Assembly: GCA_035403965.1 (NCBI GenBank)
Contig: DAONGE010000004.1
Span: 18,306 to 82,305, forward strand
Reading direction: 5' to 3'
Length of the DNA stretch: 64,000 nt
Source: Candidatus Omnitrophota bacterium
GTDB lineage: Bacteria > Omnitrophota > Gorgyraeia > Tantalellales > Tantalellaceae
Position numbers and translations under genes: made by a program. Each line of letters opens with the position of its first letter. Position 1 is the first letter of the stretch. Under the pieces are notes generated by a model that saw nothing but the letters and a program-made list of their open reading frames with translations, was not told the DNA's origin and did no database searches. Shown here one piece after another: positions 42,073 through 52,065 of this stretch.

Positions 42073-43694
42073 TGTTTTACTTTTTGTTTTAATGTCTCGG
42101 CCAGTTTTTTTAATCTATCGGAAGTATCGTATTTCTCGAGCCGAACGTCTATGACCGTGGGCGAATTATAGTTATTCTTGCCATGCTCCAAAGCTTCCAC
42201 CAATTCGTCTTCCCTGAACACCACATATCCTTTTCCTCCGCCGATGAGACGGATCATATCCGCATAATTCCACGACTGGATGTCGTTGAATTCCCCGTCT
42301 ATCATGGAACGGAACGTCCCATATCCGCCGTTATTCATCACCACAACTATCGGGCTCAGCCCGTATCTTACGCAGACCGAAAGTTCTGTCCCCGTCATCT
42401 GGAAAGACCCGTCACCTATCAGCACAAGCGGCCTGCGATCGGGCGAAGCCAATTGAACGCCTATCGCCGCGGGTATAGAAAACCCGAGCGACGCGTAATA
42501 CGCGGGCGAAAGAAATTCTGCCATCCCGTGCACGCGGATATCTAAAGCCCCAAAAAGCGCGTCCCCCGGCTCGGCAATTACGGTAGTATTGTCGTCCAAA
42601 ATAGTGTTTATACATTCAAACAATCTTTTTACAGTTATTTTTTCTCCCTTTTTCGGAATGAACGGGATAAGTTCGTGTTTTTTAGGCTGTCCTTTTATTT
42701 TTTTCTCCGGCATGGCTTTGATAAGCGCTTCAAGCAGGCTTTTCATTCCTATCGCTTCGTATGAATGATGTTTAACAATGATCTTATCCGGCATCATCAC
42801 AACGCCGCAGCCCGGATCTATATGATGCGTGAATATCCCGGTGGCGAGATCCGTCAGATACGGCCCTATCGCGATCAGGCAGTCGGCTTTTTCGACTGCG
42901 TCCCTCACATCATCGGGGCTCATCCCGCCGACATAAACACCGATGAATTGCGGATGATTTTCCGACATCGCCGATTTACCTAAAATACCCGTCACGAACG
43001 GCAGGCCGGTTCTTTCTATAAAATCGAGCGCCATCGTCTGTAATCCGTATCTGTGGACTTCAACGCCGATCATCACTATCGGGTTTTTAGAACGCTTTAT
43101 CATCCCGATAACTTCGCCCAGAGCTTCTTCCAGCGTAATGTTATCTATTTCGTCCTTTTCTTTAAGAACAGTTTTCGGCAAGTCGATATCAACGTCTACC
43201 ATATCGCGCGGGATCTCAATATATCCCGGCCTCTTTGTTTCTTTGATGGCGCCGATGACCCTGTTTATCTCATCCGCCGCGTTCTTAGGATCGCCGAGCA
43301 CGGCCTGGGCGCAGGTCATTTCGCGAAAAACATTTACCTGCGTCTCGAAAGATTTTATCTTGTGGTGGAGAAGCGGGTCGTGTTTGCGTTCGCACATACC
43401 CGGCGCGCCGCTGATGATAAGCACCGGCGATAATTCCGCAAACGCCTGAGCCGTGCTATTGGCGAGCTTTAGGCCCCCAACTCCGTACGTAACGCAAGCA
43501 ACCCCGAACCCGGTCACTCTGGCGTACGCGTCGGCCGCGAACCCGGCTCCCTGCTCGTCGCAGGTATTGATCACCTTCAGCGGGCTTTTGCATAACTGCG
43601 CGTAAAAATTCAGGACATAGTCACCCTGTATACCGAACACATGGCGGGTCCCGGTAGCGTAAATCTGCTGTATAAGATATTCTCCGATCTTCAT
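42069..43694 (-). CDS. thiamine-pyrophosphate-dependent 2-keto acid decarboxylase (indolepyruvate/pyruvate decarboxylase family)
   Basis: 541 aa. N-terminal TPP-pyrimidine domain and C-terminal GDGSFQMT TPP-binding motif. Confidence 0.8.
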   Translation of the reverse strand: MKIGEYLIQQIYATGTRHVFGIQGDYVLNFYAQLCKSPLKVINTCDEQGAGFAADAYARVTGFGVACVTYGVGGLKLANSTAQAFAELSPVLIISGAPGMCERKHDPLLHHKIKSFETQVNVFREMTCAQAVLGDPKNAADEINRVIGAIKETKRPGYIEIPRDMVDVDIDLPKTVLKEKDEIDNITLEEALGEVIGMIKRSKNPIVMIGVEVHRYGLQTMALDFIERTGLPFVTGILGKSAMSENHPQFIGVYVGGMSPDDVRDAVEKADCLIAIGPYLTDLATGIFTHHIDPGCGVVMMPDKIIVKHHSYEAIGMKSLLEALIKAMPEKKIKGQPKKHELIPFIPKKGEKITVKRLFECINTILDDNTTVIAEPGDALFGALDIRVHGMAEFLSPAYYASLGFSIPAAIGVQLASPDRRPLVLIGDGSFQMTGTELSVCVRYGLSPIVVVMNNGGYGTFRSMIDGEFNDIQSWNYADMIRLIGGGKGYVVFREDELVEALEHGKNNYNSPTVIDVRLEKYDTSDRLKKLAETLKQKVKQ

Positions 43695-43696
43695 AA

Positions 43697-44560
43697 TTAT
43701 TTCTTATTCCTTTTTATGATCTCGCCGATCATCTTGTCTAACTGTTCATTGAAAGCATCCGGCGCTTCAAGCATTATAAAATGTCCCAGGCCCGGCATGA
43801 TACGCAGTTCAAAACCCGGAACATATTTACGATTGTGTTCCATATTGACCGGCCAAAAATCTGAATCAAGCGCCCAAACCTGCGCTTCGGTCCGGGGAAG
43901 ATCAACATACGACGTTTTCATCAGCTCTTCCATCGAGCTTATCCCGACTTTGGGATCGGTTGACGATATTTTTCCCGCTATCTCATCGATAAGTTTCGGA
44001 TCCGTTCCTTTAACAAACATTCCTCTTATAAAAGAATCCGCTGTTTTTTGAAAATTTTCCTGAAAAGGTTTTATTCGTTTTTCGATATCGTCCGGAGTCC
44101 CGCGCCACTCAAAATCATGTATCGTATCGATCCCCACTACTGCTATAACTTTGTCCGGCATACGTGCGGCCGCCTCGAATATAATCACCCCTGACATCGA
44201 ATGTCCAAACAAAATAACCTTTGAAGGATTAACTTTGTTCACAACGGCGGCGACATCTTCGCCGAATGCTTTCATCGAATACAACGCTCTTTCTTTTCCG
44301 GAAAGTCCGAATCCTCCAAGATCTATCGTGATAACTTTATATTTTTTGTCGAAATACGGCACCTGATATTTCCAAACTGACCGGTCCCCGCCCCATCCGT
44401 GTATAAAAACCAAGGCGGGTTCTCCTTCGCCGTAAACCGAATAAGCGATCTTTACCCCATCCTTTGATAGAACTGTTCCATCCTCAGCAGTTACTCTGCC
44501 GGCACCCACACAAAAGAAAAGAATAGCCATAGATACTATCGTAAATTTTCTAATATTCAT
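43697..44560 (-). CDS. alpha/beta hydrolase with signal peptide
   Basis: GHSMSG nucleophile elbow. Confidence 0.75.
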   Translation of the reverse strand: MNIRKFTIVSMAILFFCVGAGRVTAEDGTVLSKDGVKIAYSVYGEGEPALVFIHGWGGDRSVWKYQVPYFDKKYKVITIDLGGFGLSGKERALYSMKAFGEDVAAVVNKVNPSKVILFGHSMSGVIIFEAAARMPDKVIAVVGIDTIHDFEWRGTPDDIEKRIKPFQENFQKTADSFIRGMFVKGTDPKLIDEIAGKISSTDPKVGISSMEELMKTSYVDLPRTEAQVWALDSDFWPVNMEHNRKYVPGFELRIMPGLGHFIMLEAPDAFNEQLDKMIGEIIKRNKK

Positions 44561-44648
44561 TTTCTGATCTCCTTTTTATCACTATACAACACATAGTCGT
44601 ACAATGCAAATTTGACGCTTTTTTAGCGCTTTGCTGGTTTGTTTTCCG

Positions 44649-45410
44649 TTATTTTGAGGCAATAACCAGCATTTCGAAATCTTCCGTGGTTAATTTGTCG
44701 TTTCTGGAATACGCCCCGAGCTTCGCGCCGAAAATATCAATCTTTTTATACCCCAGCGTCTTTAAAAGCCATGTGATCTCGCTTGGCACATAGTAGCGTT
44801 CGTTACAGGTTAATGCCTTTTTAATTCCCGCATCGTCCTCGAATACGACGGTGTTGTGGTCCCGGAACGTCATCAGATCGAAAGAGCAATCTTTGCACTC
44901 CGAATTGCCTTCCTTAGCCGATGACTCATAAAATTCTTTAACAGAATGAAAAAGCGGAAATAATCCGTTCAACGTCGTGAATATAAACTTGCCCTTATCT
45001 TTTAACGCCTTTGTCGCGTTCTTTAAGATCTCAAAATTCATCTCGTCCGTTTCCATCAAAGAAAACCCGCCCTCACAGAGCATTATCGCCAGGTCGAACT
45101 CGCCTTCAAAAGGAAGGTTTCTGGCGTCTTGTTCCTGAAAACAAATGTTCAGATCAAGTTCTTTCGCTTTTTCCTTTGCCCTCTTAAGCTGTGACTCGGA
45201 CAGATCAACACCGGTCACTCTATATCCTCTTCTTGTCAGTTCGATCGAATGCCGTCCTGTCCCACAGCCGATATCCAAAATTTTCAAAGACTTATCGTTC
45301 CCTATTTCTTTTTCAAGAAAATCGCATTCCCCCGTAGTTCCGTGCACGTAACTTTCGTTATCATATTTTTTCCCGTAATTTTCGAATAGCTCTTCATACC
45401 ATTGTTTCAT
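44649..45410 (-). CDS. class I SAM-dependent methyltransferase
   Basis: ILDIGCGTGRHS motif I. Confidence 0.8.
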   Translation of the reverse strand: MKQWYEELFENYGKKYDNESYVHGTTGECDFLEKEIGNDKSLKILDIGCGTGRHSIELTRRGYRVTGVDLSESQLKRAKEKAKELDLNICFQEQDARNLPFEGEFDLAIMLCEGGFSLMETDEMNFEILKNATKALKDKGKFIFTTLNGLFPLFHSVKEFYESSAKEGNSECKDCSFDLMTFRDHNTVVFEDDAGIKKALTCNERYYVPSEITWLLKTLGYKKIDIFGAKLGAYSRNDKLTTEDFEMLVIASK

Positions 45411-45419
45411 CTTGTTCTC

Positions 45420-46136
45420 CTATAGTTTCGCCAATCTTGTTTCCGGCATAATTTTTAAGATCCACGCTATAAACCGCCAGCGCCGTGTAATATAGACTTT
45501 GCTCTTCTTTCGTTCTATCGCACTATAGATCTGCTTCGCGGCTTTATCTACAGGCGCCACCCAGAAGAGCCCTTCCCCTTGCGCCATTTTTGTGTCCACG
45601 AATCCGGGCCGGATATCCGTAACGGTTATCGGCATTTTCATTTTTATCATCTTTATTCTCAAGCCTTCCAAATAATTCGAGACGAACGCTTTAGACGCCG
45701 AATACGCCGGCGCCGTGAAATCTCCCCTGATGGCGGCCAGCGACGATATGCCGACAAGGTGTCCGCTTCTCTGTGCCAGAAAATACTTGGCCGCGTGATC
45801 CGCGATAGCCGTAAAACCGGAGACATTGACATCGATCGTTTCTTTTTCTTTTTCCCACGCGAGCTCCGGATTGATAAACCCCACCCCGGCGCTTATTACG
45901 CACACGTCCATCCCGCCCATTTCCCTGATCAATCCTTCAAAAGCGCGGATCGCCTCGTCGGGTTTGGCCACATCCATGTGTTTAACAAACATTTTCCCGG
46001 TAGAATTTTTAGTCATTTCCGATAACAATTCCGTCCGCCTGGCCGTGACACCGACAACGTAATTATTCTGAATGAATATTTTGGACAATTCCTTGCCAAT
46101 ACCCGATGACGCGCCGATTATGACAACTTTCTTCAT
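45420..46136 (-). CDS. SDR-family oxidoreductase
   Basis: GASSGIG Rossmann motif and YSASK catalytic motif. Confidence 0.85.
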   Translation of the reverse strand: MKKVVIIGASSGIGKELSKIFIQNNYVVGVTARRTELLSEMTKNSTGKMFVKHMDVAKPDEAIRAFEGLIREMGGMDVCVISAGVGFINPELAWEKEKETIDVNVSGFTAIADHAAKYFLAQRSGHLVGISSLAAIRGDFTAPAYSASKAFVSNYLEGLRIKMIKMKMPITVTDIRPGFVDTKMAQGEGLFWVAPVDKAAKQIYSAIERKKSKVYITRRWRFIAWILKIMPETRLAKL

Positions 46137-46490
46137 CCGTTTGACCTTCTCCTTCCGGGATAATACAGTGAAAGCATCGTGTATAAACTACCATAATCCC
46201 CGTTGGCGGGAAATATTTTTTTATATCCTTCGCGAACCTTTTAGCACTACCGGCGGAAATCACAGGATAGGCCGAGACCTTCGGTAGCTTGGCTCGAAAC
46301 CTGACTCGCCGCAGGTATAAATTAGGAGGAGATTTTAGAAATGTATATGGAAATAATATTTTTTTGCTTTTTTCCCGGTCCGGGTAAGACACTCGTCCAT
46401 TTCTTTCATATACTTCGGCACGTCGTTATATGGCCCGTCAAAAACTTTAGTCACAAAAGCCCCTGAGAAGCGGACATTCCTCGTCCCAAA

Positions 46491-46527
46491 GAGCGGGTTC
46501 AAATTCCGCGCAACACTCCCGTTGATC
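46491..46527 (+). other. tRNA 3'-end-like fragment (T-arm plus acceptor 3' half)
   Basis: GAGCGGGTTCAAATTCCGCGCAACACTCC: a GCGGG-TTCAAAT-TCCGC T-arm followed by a 7-nt acceptor-like segment, with no 5' half upstream. Confidence 0.4.
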
Positions 46528-46665
46528 CGTATTATTTGTCATTGTTCCTCCAAGCACGGTTTGTGGCCACAATTAATGTGGGTGTATTTTTAAAAACTCC
46601 CGCGCATGAAACATGGGTTGGCGGATATCCTTGGGCGAACCCATACTCAAAAACCAAAAAACTCA

Positions 46666-47424
46666 TCAAGGAACCGACCGAGACCATAAATAACCATACC
46701 GGGGATTGTTCTTCAGTAAAGTCGATACCTCTATGGCTGAAATCCATTCCGGCAGATCGAACTTCTCCGCCGTTTCGCCGGATGAAAAATTAAAATTATT
46801 ATTTCCCAGATCATTCAAATGTTTTAAATAATTCTGAGTCGAACTCACCGTTTCAGGACACAGTTCTAATGAAACCATGTGAACTTTTTGATTGAGACCT
46901 TTTAAAACATTATGTTCATTCCCTTCAACATCAATCTTTACATAATCTGGCAGACCATATTTTTTAATCAGATTATCCAATGTCGTTACTTCAACTTCCA
47001 CTTCTCTGTTCCAATCAAATTCAGAATACCTCTTACTTTCCTTGCATGCCTTGATCCAATCTGGCGCTACGGTTGACAGCGAATTAACTTCGCACATATA
47101 AAGCTTCTTCTTGCCAACACTTGTATCTAATGCCTGCGGAATAATGTCAACTTTGCGGTTAAACCGATATTTTTTTCGCAAATACCGAACGCACTCCGGA
47201 TTCGGCTCTACAGCAATGACTCTCGCCCCAAGACACAATAAAATATCTGTTACCCTCCCGATATTCGCGCCAACATCAAAACATAGCGGTTCCTCCTTAG
47301 ACAAAAAAGATCTATAAAACTTTGTTATCTTTGGATTGTTCTTATCCCGGCCATAGATCATGTCTCTTGTAATGTTAAATAAGCCAAACCAATTTAAGAT
47401 CTTTGCTTTTGTAACTGTTTTCAT
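46666..47424 (-). CDS. FkbM-family methyltransferase
   Basis: CFDVGANIGRVTD and VIAVEPNP motifs. Start at the internal MKTVTK. An isolated gene flanked by non-coding DNA and tRNA-like fragments. Confidence 0.7.
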   Translation of the reverse strand: MKTVTKAKILNWFGLFNITRDMIYGRDKNNPKITKFYRSFLSKEEPLCFDVGANIGRVTDILLCLGARVIAVEPNPECVRYLRKKYRFNRKVDIIPQALDTSVGKKKLYMCEVNSLSTVAPDWIKACKESKRYSEFDWNREVEVEVTTLDNLIKKYGLPDYVKIDVEGNEHNVLKGLNQKVHMVSLELCPETVSSTQNYLKHLNDLGNNNFNFSSGETAEKFDLPEWISAIEVSTLLKNNPRYGYLWSRSVP

Positions 47425-47440
47425 TCTATTTGACCTTTTT

Positions 47441-47462
47441 AGTTCGAATCCCCTTCTGCGCA
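47441..47462 (+). other. second tRNA 3'-end-like fragment (possible att remnant)
   Basis: AGTTCGAATCCCCTTCTGCGCA: a T-loop plus 3' T-stem plus an acceptor-like 3' end, with no 5' portion. Lies at the left edge of the nuclease operon. Confidence 0.35.
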
Positions 47463-47737
47463 AGCCGAAATCGAACATAACTCTCGATGGAAGGGTTCAC
47501 TTCAAAACTGGCGGGTAGTCGTGGACGGTAGGCGAACCCTACAAACCCTTGAAATAAGCCTACTTATAAAACTCTACCGTAAACGTAGTATGGGAGCGCT
47601 GATATCTTTAGGGGATCCACTCGACACTACCCTGCCGTACAATAAGGGCATTTTATCACAACACCGGCAAAAATCCAGTAAAATGGCCGTTTTGACCCCC
47701 TAAAATGACAAATCCCACAACCTTCCCCACCCTACCC

Positions 47738-49030
47738 TTAAACATCGAACTCTTCCCGATCCTGCAATATTTGCACGTTCTTAAACAATCTCGGGTATTG
47801 CCCAGACTCAAAAGTGTGAATCGGAATCAACTTGCCCGGGTTTAACGCTCCGGCAAAAACCTTTAAATCCTGTATTGTGGCATGACCGCTTGTATGAACA
47901 GTTTCAATATCCAATCCTTTTTGAGCGATAAAATCCTTAAATTTATCAGTCAAATATCCTTCCCACATTGAATAAATAATCTTTGCTCTCTCTATACCCT
48001 TGATATTCTTCACGAGTATGGGGAAAATAGAATTATCCCGTGCAAGCATCAAGACCTTATCCTTGATCGCATTAATCTCATCAATCTCAATCTTCCGAGT
48101 GTTGTAAGCATAGAGAAGTTTTACCGAGGCATTCTGAGCCAAAGAATCGGCGTGGCTCTTCAAAAATTTAACTCTGATATTTCGCCAGTTGAATTGAGGG
48201 ATATGTTTTGATACTTTCCTCAAACAATCAAGAATATACGCTGTATAAATATCAATCACGAATACATGATTTGTTTTAAGACAAGCCTTATACGCTGAAA
48301 CGATTCGGTCAATATTCTGAGATGATGCAAATAAAAACTTTATATTAGGGGTCGTCTTTAAAACTTTTTCCATGCAAGCTTGCACCGCCTGCTCATCTTT
48401 GAATAATTGTTCTCCTCTACCAATCATCGAACCTTCCAATAGCAAACAATCAATACCTTTCGGCGGCTTAGACACCATGCGCCTATAAAGCTCGCTTTTT
48501 CTTCCATGCCCCCTAAAATCTCCCGAATAAAAAACTTTCTTCCCATCAGCTTTAATCATGAAAGCGAGAGCGTCAAAAGCGGAGTGATCTACCAGATAAG
48601 GCGTGATTTCAAAATCACCAATGACCAGCTTCTTGCGCTTGTCTATAATTCTGGTATTTATTTTGCCGATTTTGTGCGGGGTAAATATATCCGACACCTC
48701 AATCAACGTCTTTGCCCCCTCGCTCATATATATAGGTATGCCGGGATGCACATACCGAAGCAATCCATAGTGATCCATGTGAGAATGCGATATGAGGATG
48801 GCGTCAACCGACCTCTCCTCATCTTTATAGAGGCCGCTCACGCTGGGAAGAATTTTTAATCTCCTCAATTCTTCCGGAGATTTACCAATCAAAGCCCTTG
48901 AATCAAACGATTCTTTTTGGGCGTTAACAAGCGGCAGTCCGAAATCGATCACGATCCGGTTTTTCTCCGTGAATACCTCTACGCAGGTCCCGCCAATTTC
49001 GGCTGTGCCTCTATGGATAATTAGCTTCAT
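47738..49030 (-). CDS. MBL-fold/beta-CASP nuclease (RNase J-like)
   Basis: 430 aa. HSHMDHYG motif and the C-terminal beta-CASP motif (HTSGHA). Last gene of a six-gene operon. Confidence 0.75.
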   Translation of the reverse strand: MKLIIHRGTAEIGGTCVEVFTEKNRIVIDFGLPLVNAQKESFDSRALIGKSPEELRRLKILPSVSGLYKDEERSVDAILISHSHMDHYGLLRYVHPGIPIYMSEGAKTLIEVSDIFTPHKIGKINTRIIDKRKKLVIGDFEITPYLVDHSAFDALAFMIKADGKKVFYSGDFRGHGRKSELYRRMVSKPPKGIDCLLLEGSMIGRGEQLFKDEQAVQACMEKVLKTTPNIKFLFASSQNIDRIVSAYKACLKTNHVFVIDIYTAYILDCLRKVSKHIPQFNWRNIRVKFLKSHADSLAQNASVKLLYAYNTRKIEIDEINAIKDKVLMLARDNSIFPILVKNIKGIERAKIIYSMWEGYLTDKFKDFIAQKGLDIETVHTSGHATIQDLKVFAGALNPGKLIPIHTFESGQYPRLFKNVQILQDREEFDV

Positions 49031-49866
49031 ATTAAATTATTAAACCTGATTTCATTCTTTATGTGTAAAACCTTAATATCAGGATGCTTCGCCTTAAGCT
49101 CGGCTATGCTTTTCTCCGCAAGACCGGAATATCCACCAACCACAACTATCCCGAGCACCCCTTCCACGATTTCGATTTTCAATCCACTCGGCATGAGTCC
49201 CAGTCCCTGCTTCTGAATGAAATTCAATTCGTAACTCTTTTTATATTGGGGAAAATTTCTTGTGATACGCTCAACGTACCCTTTGAGCTGTTGAAAAACG
49301 TCCTCTCGTAATTCCGGATTATTGCCAAGCTTCACCTCTATGACGCAAAATTGGTATTTCCCCGGCTCTGCCTGCTTGAGTCCCAGCAAGTCCATTTTGG
49401 TATCGTGATCACGATCAACAACCTGTCTGTCGATAACTATTAAATCTTCCCGGCCTACGTTATCCGTCAAAAGCATTTGCTCAAAAACAATCTCTTCTTG
49501 AAACTGAACAGCCTTGACCTTCTGCCCCATGGACGCCAAATTCCTTGAGCTAAAAAGCGGATGCAACTTCTTACTAGGTAAAATAAAAACAGCGTAATCC
49601 TTAACAATCGCTGGCGAAAAACGATTAATAATTGAATCATCCACAAATTTGCGGTGTATTTTTATCTCATAGACTTTTTGGCCAGCCCTATAAGATATTT
49701 TCCCTATACTATTGCCTTTATAATATAGATTTAAGTAGTCATCTCGAATCTGTAGCCCATATTCAAAACCGGACTCCTTAATTTTATCAATTAGGAAAAC
49801 GAAATCATCCCTGACAGCATCGTATGTTACGTCTGATAAATATCGACTGATTACGGGCTTGCTCAT
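49027..49866 (-). CDS. hypothetical protein with a PD-(D/E)xK nuclease-like C-terminal domain
   Basis: E...IVID...CVIEVKLG pattern. Overlaps both neighbours by 4 nt. Confidence 0.5.
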   Translation of the reverse strand: MSKPVISRYLSDVTYDAVRDDFVFLIDKIKESGFEYGLQIRDDYLNLYYKGNSIGKISYRAGQKVYEIKIHRKFVDDSIINRFSPAIVKDYAVFILPSKKLHPLFSSRNLASMGQKVKAVQFQEEIVFEQMLLTDNVGREDLIVIDRQVVDRDHDTKMDLLGLKQAEPGKYQFCVIEVKLGNNPELREDVFQQLKGYVERITRNFPQYKKSYELNFIQKQGLGLMPSGLKIEIVEGVLGIVVVGGYSGLAEKSIAELKAKHPDIKVLHIKNEIRFNNLI

Positions 49867-50954
49867 CGTCCCCCCTTAGGAAGCCCCTTTGCCAGAGCTT
49901 GAACTGATGCGCTAGCGTGCCTCAACAGGTTTTTTCTGTTAAATGTAATAAAGTCCGGGTGAGTTGAGAGTCGATACTGCTTCGATGCGTTATTCTCTAC
50001 AAACTTCTTGGCATCCTTACCCAGCAAACTCCCCTCAAGCGGTTTCCTAACGTGATCAAATATTTGATATTTACCCGCATCAACCTTCTTGGTAAGCCAA
50101 CCACCTTTTCCTTTCTTAAGCTCAACCAGCAATTCGATAAATAGAGTAAATGGCTTATCCGGCATTTTAATTTTATGCCCGTTTACCTCAAGGTCATTAC
50201 TCCGCTTCATTGGAGCGGTTCCCGGGATATGGATTTTATCGTAACATTTGTAGTCGAAATCCTTATAATCCTTCGCCTGTTTTTTAGTCAGAGCCGTAGC
50301 CCCACCCTCAGGCATAAATTCCTTAATGAGATCCTCAATCGACAATTTAAATGTTTTTAAATCGAGCGCCGTAGCAATGGGAACCGTGACTATCTGGCAT
50401 TTGCTCAAACCCCAGTTTAATAAAATATCCTCTATCTTCGTGAAAGGAGTAAAAACAACGAGAACCTTGTCATCTTTGCAAATGTCCTTTAACCCGACGA
50501 ATTTGACCAGCTTGCCGCCCCCAATCTTCGGCACAAAAACAAACCCAACCCGAAAACTATCGTAGAGCTTATACCCTACATAAAAATACCCTTCGGGGAT
50601 TTCTTGAAACTTTCCCTCGATCTTATTAACCGTCCGAATTTTCTCAAACAAGACCGGTATTGAAAGCTGATAACGCCGCAGATCCGCTTCTGTTACCTCA
50701 ATAGGCGCACTATCCGCTGACTCCACCGAGTATGCGTAAAATCGACTTCCAACCTTCTTGATCCTTCGCTCGTTACCATTATCCCCCAACGCCAACGAAT
50801 AATACGGCTCTTTCATATAGTCATACTTCATTCGGTCTAAACATTTTTGCTTGGTCAAAAAATTGAAATCGGTCTTTGAAATACGCACCAGCTCGCTCTC
50901 GGCAAACGACGCTGTGGGAAAAGCCTCAAGATTTTTTAATATGAAGTTTATCAC
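49863..50954 (-). CDS. hypothetical protein (363 aa), no recognisable domain
   Basis: Long ORF translationally coupled (ATGA overlaps) within the operon. Confidence 0.5.
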   Translation of the reverse strand: MINFILKNLEAFPTASFAESELVRISKTDFNFLTKQKCLDRMKYDYMKEPYYSLALGDNGNERRIKKVGSRFYAYSVESADSAPIEVTEADLRRYQLSIPVLFEKIRTVNKIEGKFQEIPEGYFYVGYKLYDSFRVGFVFVPKIGGGKLVKFVGLKDICKDDKVLVVFTPFTKIEDILLNWGLSKCQIVTVPIATALDLKTFKLSIEDLIKEFMPEGGATALTKKQAKDYKDFDYKCYDKIHIPGTAPMKRSNDLEVNGHKIKMPDKPFTLFIELLVELKKGKGGWLTKKVDAGKYQIFDHVRKPLEGSLLGKDAKKFVENNASKQYRLSTHPDFITFNRKNLLRHASASVQALAKGLPKGGR

Positions 50955-52057
50955 GTTAAAAGCACCCCATTGTCCCGCAGATACGTCTCAATGATCCCCT
51001 TCTCCGCTTTTTCGGGTAATTTCGTGTTCTCCGGCGGCTTGATCTCAACAGTTATTGACTTGGGCTTCTTACCGCCACGCTTAATGTAAAACCTTAATTT
51101 CGCTGAAACATATTCAGCGTCCTGCATGGATATGTTCAAGTCCGAGAACGCCTGCCGCACATCGCCGCAGTTAATCGTCACCTTAATGATCTTTGTGCCT
51201 CTGCACTTTACCTTCACCTCGGTTAAATCCACTGACTCGACATCATTATTCCCGGTATAGCTGAAAGTGCCGTTCTTAATGGGATCGAGAACAACCAAGG
51301 TGTTATTGAAAGTCGCCTCCGGCACCTGATCCATGCCAAGGATTGCGCTTCCGAATATCTCAATATACTTCTTTTTGTCCGCCTCGCTCCAGCCGCCAGC
51401 ATTAACACTTAGCACGCAATTCCTCGTGTCAAAAACAAGCATATCCTCTCTGGCCGGACGATAAGATTGGATATCGACTTTCCCATCATTAAAGATCAAG
51501 TGCGTTTTCATATAGTCGCCGTGGGCGATTAAAATGACGTGCTTGCCATCGTGCGTCCTGTATCGGATAGCGCAGTTCTCGCTCTTGCCGGTATCCTTAA
51601 AATGTTGCTCGATGGCCGTCTTTAACTGAGCGACACGATCCTCGGCGAAGTTACAGTTGTTATGATCGAATTTGTGGTGGCTTAATTTTTCGGAATAGAC
51701 AACATATAGGTAGAAGTCGAAGGCGAGTGAGAATGCTTCCTCGCTATGCAGAAAAACCCGCATGGCGGTTGTTTCCGACGGCTCATCATCTTGAGTGGTT
51801 ATGCTATATTGACGTTTCGCCTGTTCAAGATATCCTCTTGCCCGATCAGCGATATCGTTAATGCACTGCAACTCCTCCTCAACATAGGATCGTTTCCCAT
51901 CATCGGTGATGCCGTCCAAAAAATCGTGGATATTATTCCGGTCAAAAACAAAACCATCGGGAACCGGAACATTGCGCTTACTAAAATACGCCTTGAGTAG
52001 GTCGTTATTAACTCCCGTGACAAATTTTTCTAGTTTAAACGACCTATGCTTTGCCAT
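50951..52057 (-). CDS. hypothetical protein (368 aa), no recognisable domain
   Basis: Long ORF coupled within the operon. Confidence 0.5.
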   Translation of the reverse strand: MAKHRSFKLEKFVTGVNNDLLKAYFSKRNVPVPDGFVFDRNNIHDFLDGITDDGKRSYVEEELQCINDIADRARGYLEQAKRQYSITTQDDEPSETTAMRVFLHSEEAFSLAFDFYLYVVYSEKLSHHKFDHNNCNFAEDRVAQLKTAIEQHFKDTGKSENCAIRYRTHDGKHVILIAHGDYMKTHLIFNDGKVDIQSYRPAREDMLVFDTRNCVLSVNAGGWSEADKKKYIEIFGSAILGMDQVPEATFNNTLVVLDPIKNGTFSYTGNNDVESVDLTEVKVKCRGTKIIKVTINCGDVRQAFSDLNISMQDAEYVSAKLRFYIKRGGKKPKSITVEIKPPENTKLPEKAEKGIIETYLRDNGVLLT

Positions 52058-52065
52058 CTAACGCC

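Noticed and set aside
46200-46400. Possible riboswitch or leader RNA in the 5' region of the SDR gene (GGCGGAAATCACAGGATAGGCCGAGACC...)
   Set aside because: I could not match it to any riboswitch consensus (SAM, TPP, FMN, c-di-GMP, ZTP, fluoride, glycine, preQ1). It is most simply a promoter/5'UTR. A weak ORF, 46063..46392, overlaps it and the SDR gene and is judged spurious.
47441-47740. tmRNA or complete tRNA at the 47.44-47.74 kb non-coding stretch
   Set aside because: Only a T-loop/acceptor-like 3' portion is present. No complementary 5' acceptor strand, D-arm or anticodon arm, and no tmRNA tag-reading-frame features.
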